This document shows positions 53,115 to 64,000 of a DNA stretch of 64,000 nt, one piece after another. How positions within the stretch are numbered: position 1 is the first letter of the stretch; every line of letters begins with the position of its first letter. The translations under genes and the position numbers were made by a program. Below the pieces are notes generated by a model that saw nothing but the letters and a program-made list of their open reading frames with translations, did no database searches and was not told where the DNA came from. This DNA is from Eledone cirrhosa (lineage: Eukaryota): the NCBI GenBank assembly GCA_964016885.1, contig OZ024742.1, positions 55,490,001 to 55,554,000 of the forward strand, written 5' to 3'.

Positions 53115-56100
53115 AATGATATTAGAAACCATATTAATAAAACCATATTTATTTTATTATATATATTTCAAGAGTACCAATACAACATTGGTACGCTTTC
53201 ATCAGATAAAATACAAAGTTTGTTTTATGAATAGAAACATATCAATGAAAATCATACCTTATTGGTTGGAAATTAACTGGATAGTGGAAATATATTAGTG
53301 ATTATTCAAACTTATGTGTGAATATGCAAATGAATATGTAAATAATTGAAAAACAACCGTCTATTTAAATGACACTGTAGAAAGAAAGCGAGAAAAAATA
53401 TAAGGGGATAAAAATAAAAATTACTACGAGGGAGATAGAGAGAAGAAATAAACAAGAGAAGATGAATAAAACTCATATAACGTTAATTTGGGGGAAATAT
53501 ATTCTAAGTATATATCTTAATAGTACGTGTATTTACGATTATTAGTTGTTTAAAATTCGTTTCTAATATAATAATTTCTGTTATAAGTAGATAAATAAAT
53601 AAATAAATAGATAAATAAATGAATAGATGGGTATATGATGTTATAGATAATTGTTTTAATAAGTTATGAGGGATATTGATTTTGCATTTAATGTCAGTAA
53701 ATATTAAGTTAAATTAAATTAAATTAACTGAGTTAATAAGAATATTTATATGACAGAGGTTATTAAAATCGTAAAAGTAATAATAATTAAATATATACAT
53801 ACACACATCTATATAGGTACATACACGTGCATACACAAAAACACCCGCCATGCATGCATATTCACGCACGTACACATAAACACACGCACACTTACATAAA
53901 CACGCACGACACATGTACCCGCACACATACGAATATACACCAAATACACATAAAATATATACACATATACCAGTACATAATATATACACCTATAACAAAT
54001 ACAAGCATATATGTACGAGTATGTATACGCACCTCCACAAAGTATACGGGTAAGGTATACTTACCTATACAAATATGTAATGGTATGAACATAAAATATA
54101 CTTAGCTACCACATTAAGACGTAAATTATCTGCGTATTGTTCGTACTATCCGTTAGGGTATAATGTGGGGCAGCAATACATGAAAGTTTTATGCAATTTG
54201 TGTTTACAAGCCTCATATCTTTTGTTTAAGATGTGATCATTGGCGCAGAGTATTTCCATGGCTTCAACTGCGCAAAGATCACATGGTGTTTTATTTCCAT
54301 TATACGATCTAGCTTTAGCTAGGATCTCCCAGTGTAACCTATATTGGGTGTGGTTGTCATTTATACCCAAGATATAAGCTGAAAGTGACGTCATATTCCT
54401 TCTTAAAGGGTTCTGAAAAGAATGGGTGTGCATGTAAAGACGCTGCTTGAATCTATTGGCGGTTACCCCTATTCAGGCCCTACTAGACGTGGGTGTTTTG
54501 CCCTTACATTTGTAGACAATGTTACTGGAGAGGCATTTCCCGGCTAGAGGGCAGTCACCCCGATTTCTACAATTGCAGTTAGTACTAACTACAGGGTCGC
54601 ACGTGTTCCTACGGTAAGGTAATTTAGATATATTTGAAGCAGTGATGTTTTGAGCAAAGTTAGGAGTCATGGAGTAGGATATTTTAGTGGTATTTGTATT
54701 AAAAATGTTATTATATTTATGTGCTGAGGGGAAATGCTTCTTAATAAGAGAGAGAAAAATATTAGCTAATGGTGTGTCCACCTCCATATTATATGGTGGG
54801 TTATACCATATAATGCGTCGGGATCTATTTTTCCTAGGTTTATGCTCACACTTAGTATATGCTACCTTATCGAAAAATCCACTCCGAACGAGAGCTTCAT
54901 TGTAATATGTGGAATGGTCGGTGAAAATATGCTCGTTTGTAGATAGACGGGAAAGCCTCAAAGAAACGTTTCTGGCCAGGTTCTTGGTTATGCTAGCAGG
55001 ATAGTTACAATGCTTACTTATGTAATTAAGCGTATCATTCGGCTTTCTATACTGGTAGTGCAAGCAATTAGACGAATTGAGGGTAACGTCGAGGTAGTTT
55101 ATGACCTAGAAGTTGGCCTCAACCTGTATGGAGATGTTGAATCCTTTAAAGAAGGCTGTGAGTTCTTTTCTAAACCTGTCGCAAGTGCAGAGACCGCACT
55201 TTGTCATGGTCAAAAGACCGTCATCGCGGTACAAACCACCGCTCACATTAGGAAACTATTCCTTGATAGAGAAAAGAAGGAAAAGGCCCATAAGATCTGT
55301 AAACTCCGCCGAATCGCTGGAGCCCATACTCACGTAGAATGGGGTACTATTAGATTTTTTATCCAAATAGAATCGTGGAAATTAACCACCGACTTTCGGG
55401 CATTGAGGATGAAATCAACTTCGAAATCCTTAACCACCACGAGGGTTTTAGCGAAATTGATAGCTCAAACAAGAAGTGGTAAGGTGATGGAGGAGTAGTA
55501 GTTGTTTGTGTCGAATTGGATAAAACGGCAATGTTCCTTGTTGCATATGCCATTGAACCAATCAATCACCGCGAAAGAATTTTTCCACAGTGCAAGAGGG
55601 GCCAAGCTTCTAATTTCAGGTGTAATTCTATCTAAAATCCTTTTACTAAGTCTACCTAAATCAGACTTCGTAGGGTTAATTAGCCAAATAGAAGGGTTGA
55701 GAGCGAAAATGGGTTTGTGATCCTTCAGTTTAAAGTGCGGAGAAATAGGGTCCAGAGGTTCAGTCCGGTCCTGGATATTGAGTACAGAAGTGATTTTAAA
55801 CCCAGCATCGTTGATGTCATTAATGATATTCCGATTGATTTGCCGGTAACCCTTGGTTACAGCATTATGTAACAGTTGGTGGTAAGTACTGCGCTCCACT
55901 TGATATATATTACCAGTTTTGTCGGAGTGGACGTACACGGCATTAGAATCCTTAATAGAACGAATTCTATTGTTCAGGTCCTGTTGAAAGGAATTGCTCC
56001 TGCTCCGAAATTTGATACTCTGTATGAGTTCCAAGACGTGTTATATATGTATTTAGGTGTGTATATTTATATAATTATATGTATATACACACACATACAC

Positions 56101-56300
56101 ACATATATTTTTTTATGTGTATTTGGTGTATACGTTCTTATGTGTGCGGGTATATGTGTCGCGCATATTTATGTGTGCGTGCATGGATATGCATGCATGG
56201 CGGGTATTTTTGCGTATGCATGTGTATGTACCTATATAGATGTGTGTATGTATATATTTAATTATTATTACTTTTACGACTTTAATAACCTCTGTCATTT
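53115..56300 (-). mobile_element. Decayed Naiad-type PLE (ORF pieces 56034-54146, 3' UTR to ~53115) with an inverted UTR arm at 56040-56297
   Basis: HSDKTGNIY, KDHK, LINPTKSDLG, GGLYRDD, WYNPPY, NCNCRNRGDCPLAGKCL and CDLCAVE. 53750-54000 is repeated inverted at 56040-56297. Confidence 0.92.
53150..53213 (-). ncRNA. Type I hammerhead ribozyme
   Basis: Stem I UAUUUUAU/AUAAAAUA, CUGAUGA, stem II GUACCAAU/AUUGGUAC, GAAA-UAUAUA-UA. Confidence 0.87.
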
Positions 56301-57160
56301 TTGTTCTACTAATGTATTTACATTATTCTTAACTCCGAAGAATCATTCGGTTTCCTAAATAGAATATTACAACTCCATTTATACCATAAACGTGGTTTTG
56401 TCTTTGCGTGTATTTGTTCTCGTCGACCCACATAACGACGTATTATCTTCGATTTTTTCCCGTTGATTGCCAGGGATTGTCTTCACGAACGAAAGTATCG
56501 TCTTCTTGATTTTCTTCGGCTGCAACGTTTTTCAAAATATTTACTTCTGTGTTCACAGATTGATATTTTTAGTTTTAGAAGATGCCGTTAAGGGTGAAAG
56601 CAGGGATTCTTTGCTTAAACTTTAATCTGTTATTCTAATAAATATTTTCTCTAGGCTTCTTATATATTCGATATATATTTATCCTTATCGAGCCCTCTTT
56701 GGATTTTAGTCTTCACATTTATTATTATTACTATATATATATTGAGTTAGTATGATAGACCAAAGGCCATTATTGAAAGTCTCTGGATTTCGCAAAATAT
56801 ATAATACGTTTTAATGGAGGAGTTAAGATATTATTGCACAAATTTTGATTGCAGTGTTTTGTTTCAACTTACGTATTTTTTGAAAATGTTATTTATTCAT
56901 TATAAAAATTAAATGATAGCATTCTATATGTAAGAGAGCCCCCTTCATTTCCTGGCAAGCAATATTTTTATACCCGGTCCGCCACTGTATACACACATAC
57001 ACACATATATATATGTGTGTGTGTGTATGTGTGTGTGTGTGTGTATGCGTGTGCGTATGCGTGTGTGAATGAAGTATTTCCGTCGGAAAGGTACAGGAAA
57101 AAAGAGTGCTCTATGTAGGCTACAGAGCTTATTAGTTATGTAATAAACAACATAAGATAA

Positions 57161-57228
57161 TTATTTCATTTACCAGTGGTTTCCTGAAGGTAGATGTTAT
57201 GTCTGTCTTCAGTCGTCAGAATGAATAA
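57161..57228 (-). ncRNA. Type I hammerhead ribozyme
   Basis: UUAUUCAUU-CUGACGA-CUGAAG/CUUCAG-GAAA-CCACUGG-UA-AAUGAAAUAA. GUA cleavage triplet. Confidence 0.88.
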
Positions 57229-57612
57229 ATAACATGGTGTTATTAAATATGGATTTGAAAACAAAATATAGGAAATATGAAAGTGAGGCTGAAAAAACGG
57301 GCAAAAAGGAATTAGGGGAAAAAATATATAAATAAATATCCACAACATAAACATACACACACTCAACCATGCGCATATACGTAATAGTACGTAGACGTAT
57401 ACTTTCTCACATAAGCGTATTTGCGTCTTCATGGAAATACGAACTAGGTACTATTACGTATATGCGCGTGGTTGTGTCTGTCTAGGTTTATGTTCTGGAT
57501 ATTTATTTATATATTGTTTCCCCTAATTCCTTTTTGCCCGTTTTTTCAGCCTCACTTTTATATTTCCTAAATTTTGTTTTCAAATCCATATTTAATAAAA
57601 ACACCATGTTAT

Positions 57613-57680
57613 TTATTCATTCTGACGACTGAAGACAGACATAACATCTGCCTTCAAGAAACCACTGGTAAATGAAATAA
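57613..57680 (+). ncRNA. Type I hammerhead ribozyme (inverted partner; one stem II substitution)
   Basis: Same motif as 57161-57228, with CUUCAA instead of CUUCAG. Confidence 0.78.
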
Positions 57681-59079
57681 TTATCTTATGTTTTTTATTA
57701 CATAAATAAATATATATATGTATATATAATGCCAATCATTGTAAGTTTGAATCTAACTGACATGCAAAAAAGGTAAGCCCAAATGATAAGATTCAAATAT
57801 CATTGAGAGAAAGAAAGCGAGAGTGGAGGTGAAGAAATGAGGTGCAACAGAAATGAAACATGGATTACAGGTAAAAATATAGTCTAGAATCTAGACTATA
57901 TATAGAAGAGAATCAAAATGAGGATGTAGTTTATGGAACACCCAAATGATTTAGAAGTTGACCAAAGACCAAAGGTTATTATTGAAAGTCTCTGGATTTC
58001 GCAAAATACATGTTTTTTTTATTGGAAAAGGTAAGATATTTTTCCACAAAAATTTGATTGCAGGTTTGTTTCCACATGTATTTTATTTAAATGTTATTTA
58101 TTCATTATAAAAATTAAATGATAGCATTCTATATTCACCTGGCAACCATAATGTTAGACTCACTCCACCACTGACTATAACCCTAAAATTGTTTTTAAGA
58201 TTTGTATTTTTAATATTTCCATATTGTTTTGAGGAACATATTTCAATTCTAGATTGAATTATATTGATTATGCATTTCGTCTTACGAAAGATATCGGAAT
58301 TATTGAGTTAATATGAATGTTTTCATTCAATGTAATGTTTCGGTAAATAGTGAAGTATTCAAACCAAATGCTATTATGACAAAGTTAATTATCAATGAAA
58401 ATTACAAACTTATCCTCTAAAATACGATTTACATAGAATATTCTTACAAGATCACTCATAATGGGAATACCGATATAGTGTAATTAACGGAATCTTATTG
58501 TTGAACGACTCTCATAACCTGATTTCCGCTATAAATCATTATGATTGACGTTTTCCGGATGCTTGATGTAATATAGTTTCGGTACACATTAGTTGGAAAT
58601 AATGCTAAATGTTGAATAATCTATCAATGCACATTATTAAAATAAGAAAAATATGAAATTTATTGACGTATAGGTATCGAAGTGGAATATTTTATTAATA
58701 TTGTATGGTATTAACAGGAAAGTTGTCAGTGAAAGTTATTGCTGCATGACTACGAAAAAGGCGCTTACTTGAATTAGCCATAATAGTTTTTTTAATGGTA
58801 GTGGGATAACTATAGATTGGTTTGTTATACTTATTGATAATACAGTTTAGAAATTCAACGAAAATAGCCGTCAAAACGTAAGGGTGGTGAGAATTTACGT
58901 GGGAAGTATATTTCAGAAAATAGAATATCCGTATTGCCAATATAGATTGGAACAGAAAAAAGGAATCATCAACATCGTCCTCATTATTCTCAGACAACAA
59001 ACTGTAGTCTATTTCATTGCAGATGGATTGAGGCAAGGGAAGAATAAAATGCATTTTGAAAGTGCTTTACAATGATGTT

Positions 59080-61740
59080 AAGAAGCACCTCTGCCAGCTG
59101 GTGCGATTTGAGAAAGGATGTTGTGGTTTCAAGCGGTAGCACTGAGAGAATTTCCTCAACTAAGTTAGTATGCTAACAGGCTGTTCCAGGAGAGGAGAAA
59201 TGTTAAACTAACCTGAAACAAAGAAGAACTGGAGTCTTACTTGCGCAATGAGTATAGTGATAATCTCTGATATATCCTTATTCCAGAGCTGACAGCACGT
59301 AGACCAAAAAGGAACTTGGCGACATTCGACTAAAAGAAATCTGGGACTTCATCTTAAAAGCACGATCCAAGAATGTACCAAGCCGAGATGGAATGCTATA
59401 CAAATTCTAAAATGGTGTCCCACTGGGACCAACAGTCTGTTCCTCACTCTTAGAACAGCTTGAAAGGAGAAGCTGATTGTGGTTAGCTGGGCAAGAGCGG
59501 GAGACATATTTCTCCCCAAATAGTAGAACTCATTAACACTTGACCACATCTGGCTAAATTCCCTACTGAAAGTAGATGGAAAAGATATTCCTTGGGATTA
59601 TTGTTAGACTACTGATGACTTTTCCGTTGGTTATGGTTCAGAAAACTGGCATGTCATGTATACACGAAGGCATAGAATATGTGAACATAATATGGGATGC
59701 CATACAGACAGACAAAATGGAGAAAAGTGACAAGGCAATTGTGTCGCTTGACCTAGCAAATGTTTTCGGGTCAACCCAAAAGAAATAGTTGAGTTTGATA
59801 TGGACTTCCTCTGGATCTCTCAAGAGGTAGGGAAAGTAATGATGAAATATTACATGCGTGTCTCCACAAACAATTCATAATATCGTGGTACAAGCTGGTG
59901 TCGGAGATTGCAGCTGGGTACACAATATCGGTCATATGGTTTGTGCTAGCAATGCGGGTCAACCTAAGAGTTAAAGTTTCCTGAATGTGGAATGAACATT
60001 CGCTTTCCAAAGGAAGCTTTCATGGATAACATAGGATTGTTGACAACAGACTAGAATTAAAAAGTGAAAATCGTGTGCAGATTAGATGAGCTAAATCCGT
60101 TTGGCGAAGATGTGCTTCAAGGCAATGAAATCCCGCTGGGGGAATCCTATCAAACGAAACAAGAAGTAAAGTATGATGTTGCAGTCAAGGTCATGCCAAC
60201 GATTGCGGAGAAGTCTGGGAAGATTCTAGCGAGTTAACACTATGGATCGGTTACTCAATGGTAGAGGTAGGGGTCTAAGAATCCAGGAGATGGCCTAGGA
60301 TGGAATTACAGCGATAGATAAAACATTAACGCTAAGCAAGCCAACATTCTGGTGCACGCTGTTTGTACTGTAATCCAGAATACAGTGATCATTGTGTTGC
60401 ACTAACATGTGGCTCCGATTGCCAGGCATCTTTGCAAAATACGGCTTTGTACAAAGATGGTGGTCGAATAGAATCACCCACACCATTAGTAGTCGAGCAG
60501 CACAAGTTTGGCAAAGTGCGGTCCATGCTGACACTGCTCTCTTTAATTGACCAAATATCCCTTCCATCCTACCATGGCTTATGATTGGAAGAAAAAGGAT
60601 GGCATCAGAGCGGACGGAGTACTTCGTGGCCTCTTTAGGAGATGAAGGTATTGTAGGTCCTATACAAAGGAATAGAAACGCCCTTGGGAATTCCTAATTC
60701 AGACCATACTACAAGAAGGACAAAAGGGTTGCGGTTGTCGACAATGTAAAGAAAGAGGAAGTGTGAAGACGCTCTGTGGCTTTGGTGCGCTGCACCCAAC
60801 AGGTACATTCTGTCTTGGAAGTTATTTGCGATTAAATGGAAGATCAGATGAAAGGAATTGTGATCATGGGAGCCAGCCAGATCCAGTGTTCTTGTTCGTT
60901 CTTTCCATGACATTTTTTCCTAGCTCGACAAACCTAAAACTTTGCTAAGTAGTAGAGAGTGGGCTGTGCAAAGGCGGGAAAGTTAAAATGATGAGACACA
61001 TACTGTACAATTACCCACTGAACCTAATAAACAAATATACATGGCAGCATAAGCAGGTGTTTAGAGCAGTGGCTGATGCAGTAGAAGAGATGAAGAAGAT
61101 GACCAACGGCGAAAGAACACAAGTAGTAGAGAAGTGCGGGATGAAATATTGCCAGCCAGCCATTGTAAAAAAGAAAGCTGACCCAAAATGGGAGCGGATG
61201 TGAAATTTCTCTGTTGACATGGACGTCAAATACCACTTCCCTTTTTTATAACCAAGAGATCCAATCTTTTCTTGTGATGCAAGAAAAGAAAGATGGTGAA
61301 GACGGTGGAGCTTGCTGTCTCTTGGGAGGCGAACATCGATTTGGCATTCAATAGGAATGCCAGGAAGTACAGTGAACTGGTTGAACGCTGTGAAACGTAC
61401 GGATGGGAGGCACCATGTAGGTAAGATTCATCGTAAATAGTGTCGACTTGCTCCTCAGGTGCCTTGGAATGACATTTGGTGCGCATTATCGGAGCGCATT
61501 ATCGGAGGCGGCTAAGAACGTGAGTTACTGCACCTGGCTCAAAATAGAAAAGTATGGTGCAGCTGGCACATTGAACTGAATGAAGGAGCTTCCCTCAGTC
61601 ATCACACCTTACTCATCAAATTTTATGCGGTCCTGACGCGTTTTAGATGGACATAGTCACAACATGAGACTCACCTAAGATTAAGCTACATGCAGGATTT
61701 TCGTCGTCTACATCGATGAGTGTCCACGAGTAGCTTTGCT
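59080..61740 (+). pseudogene. Decayed RLE-type non-LTR retrotransposon, HERO-like
   Basis: KARSKNVP..DGMLYK, LDLANVFGS, IAAGYTISVIWFVLAM, SFMDNI, CFKAMKSR, YTWQHKQV and VELAVSWEANI..RNARKYSEL. Many stops. Confidence 0.8.
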
Positions 61741-61839
61741 GTCCCTGTGGAAATACATAGTTTATTCAGCACCTAGGGAGACATGGACTCTTACTTTCTG
61801 AAGCGGTGAACAGTAGCACCCTCTGCACAGTTTTTAACA

Positions 61840-61884
<45 letters not shown>

Positions 61885-62956
61885 TTCAAGGGTAAGAAAT
61901 GGTCTTGGCAAGAGTATCCACATGTGCGTGTTTGTATATTAATAGAGGCGAAATAACATAAGCAGATGTAAGAATAAATTTGATAGAAGATCGACTCTTT
62001 CCATCGATGTAAATATACATATATATACATAGAAAGATTGGCACAAAATTCGGCTAGCAAGCCAAAGAACTTACAAAAATATCTGGTTATTTCCAAATCG
62101 GATATCAAGCAAAAAAGCATACATAAATATGGTAAAATTCAGAAATTTAATATTTCTGTGTCATGATCAACACATTTATATATGAAACCGTGGTATGGGC
62201 AAGGATGAAATTTTAATGTAAGAGAATGTCTGCCTGCCTTTCCTTTTTGCCTAGTCATATCTATACAAAATATAATTATTGTTATTTCCTTAATAATATC
62301 GTATGTGTATGTCCTCAATTATGATATGTTTGCATCTAATATTAGTTTGACTTATATCTGTCGTTAAATACATTATATACTATTCCTCTAGGTTGTTGAA
62401 TTGCTCTATTTTAAAGTATATTGAGCTATTTATAACTATTCTCCTCCAAAACTTTATCCTATGTTATGATGATATATGTTACTTTCAAAATCGCACATGG
62501 TTATTTATCGTTGAAATAAATATTTGCCTTCCAATATTATTTCAGGGAGACGCGTCTAGATAAACTTCTCATAGATGAATTCATTTTTCAATTTGAACAC
62601 GCCACGGATAGTATTTATTTGTAGCACTAAAACAGCTTGCAGAACTAGATTGATGAAGACCCTGGTCTTAAAATTGCTAAATGTCTGGTTTATTTTAATT
62701 ATGGTAATTGTTATGAATTTTTCTTTTAATGAGAACCGCAGGCAAGAATTGAATTTTACTGTAAGTGATATTTTCTGTCTTGCTTACTTTCCTGACAGAA
62801 TATAATTATTATTGTTTCAATAACAATATATGTCGATGCACTGAATTAAGATATTTTTGCATCTAATTTTCTATAAGCTTTTATGATACAACTAAATCGA
62901 GATGATTTGTTTTGATATATATATATATATACAAATATAAATTTAGCGAGAATCGC

Positions 62957-62960
<4 letters not shown>

Positions 62961-63049
<89 letters not shown>

Positions 63050-63126
63050 GAGAGAGAGAGAGAGAGAGAGTGAGAGAGAGAGTGAAGAGAGAGAGAGATG
63101 GAGAGGGAGAGAGATGGAGAGAGAGA

Positions 63127-63200
<74 letters not shown>
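62961..63200. repeat. (TA)n-(GA)n compound microsatellite
   Basis: Seen directly in the sequence. Confidence 0.97.
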
Positions 63201-63906
63201 TGGCGAGAGTGACAATAAGAAGTCAGATATGCAGCTTGTTATGAAACCTTATTGCATATTACAACTGTTTGATATCGATCAGCGCGAGTTTGACCAGGCG
63301 ATCGGATCTCGACTCATAATCGATACATCCTCAGATATGCGAGTTTATAGGGGTGGTTCCATCCCCAAAAAGTAGAGTGTGCATATTTTCTTGGTCTGTA
63401 TTAGTTGTATGAGAATATATTTCTGACCATAAGCGAGCCATAGGAATCTAGGGGTGAATGTACAAGCGTGTGTGATAATGGGCAGCCATGGAATCATGCA
63501 GCGATTTAACAATATCGTTCAAAATATGAAGTTTGTAGTAGTAATATGCCGCCTTGATTGGAACAAATATTATTGAAAAATAATTTAAATGCCATAGTAA
63601 TTAAACGTGCATGATATCATTCAATGACTTAATGTTTTTTGGAGAAATTATTATTTTTCCTGTTGCGAGAGAACGTTTATTTTTACACTAATGTTTCGGT
63701 GAGACAACACCACAAATATTAATCCAGCAACTGTGACAGCTTGTTCTCATCTTTGACATCATTAAACAAAAGAAAATAACAAAGTCCTGTTGATTAATCT
63801 GTGTCATTCATTTCTATCGCATTTCAATATAGCATATTATTTTTAGTCGGCTATAATTTATGTTTGACCTCTCTTTTATACTTAGATATATAAGTAATTC
63901 TAAATA

Positions 63907-63968
<62 letters not shown>

Positions 63969-64000
63969 TGACTTCATGTTGCAACATAATGCATAAGAAA

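Larger units (their letters stand above)
57070..57708. mobile_element. Two-armed pLTR insertion with an HHR on each arm
   Basis: Arms ~57137-57395 and ~57445-57705 are inverted. The left arm has a ~65-70 nt tail. Confidence 0.88.

Noticed and set aside
54473-55467. In-frame TGA codons in a Naiad ORF (possible selenocysteine, reported for some Naiads)
   Set aside because: The TGAs at 55465 and 54473 align to a Lys/Arg position and to the YIG Tyr, not to Cys. The copy also has frameshifts, and the intact 49164 ORF has no internal TGA.

Overview
AT-rich, microsatellite-saturated animal DNA. The dominant SINE suggests a coleoid cephalopod (octopus-like); this is inferred from recall, not a search. 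No host protein-coding gene is recognisable, and most listed ORFs are translations of (TA)n/(CA)n/(GA)n/(GAA)n repeats. The window is a retroelement graveyard dominated by Penelope-like elements (PLEs). There is one apparently intact Naiad-type PLE (742-aa RT + C-terminal GIY-YIG ORF at 49164-51392) between near-identical direct pseudo-LTRs that each carry a hammerhead ribozyme (HHR), plus several decayed Naiad and Neptune/Nematis-type copies and about 15 minimal type-I HHR motifs. Other elements are R4/Dong-type and HERO-like RLE LINE fragments, a mariner remnant and about 10 SINE copies. The most striking pattern is a recurring two-armed insertion architecture inside (TA)n tracts. Two inverted copies of an RNA 3' end point outward into the TA repeat, one stopping at a fixed internal site and the other carrying a 55-90 nt tail. 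At least five unrelated sequence families use it, including a non-coding ~290-bp tandem unit with a tRNA-derived head, which looks like a PLE-mobilised non-autonomous element.
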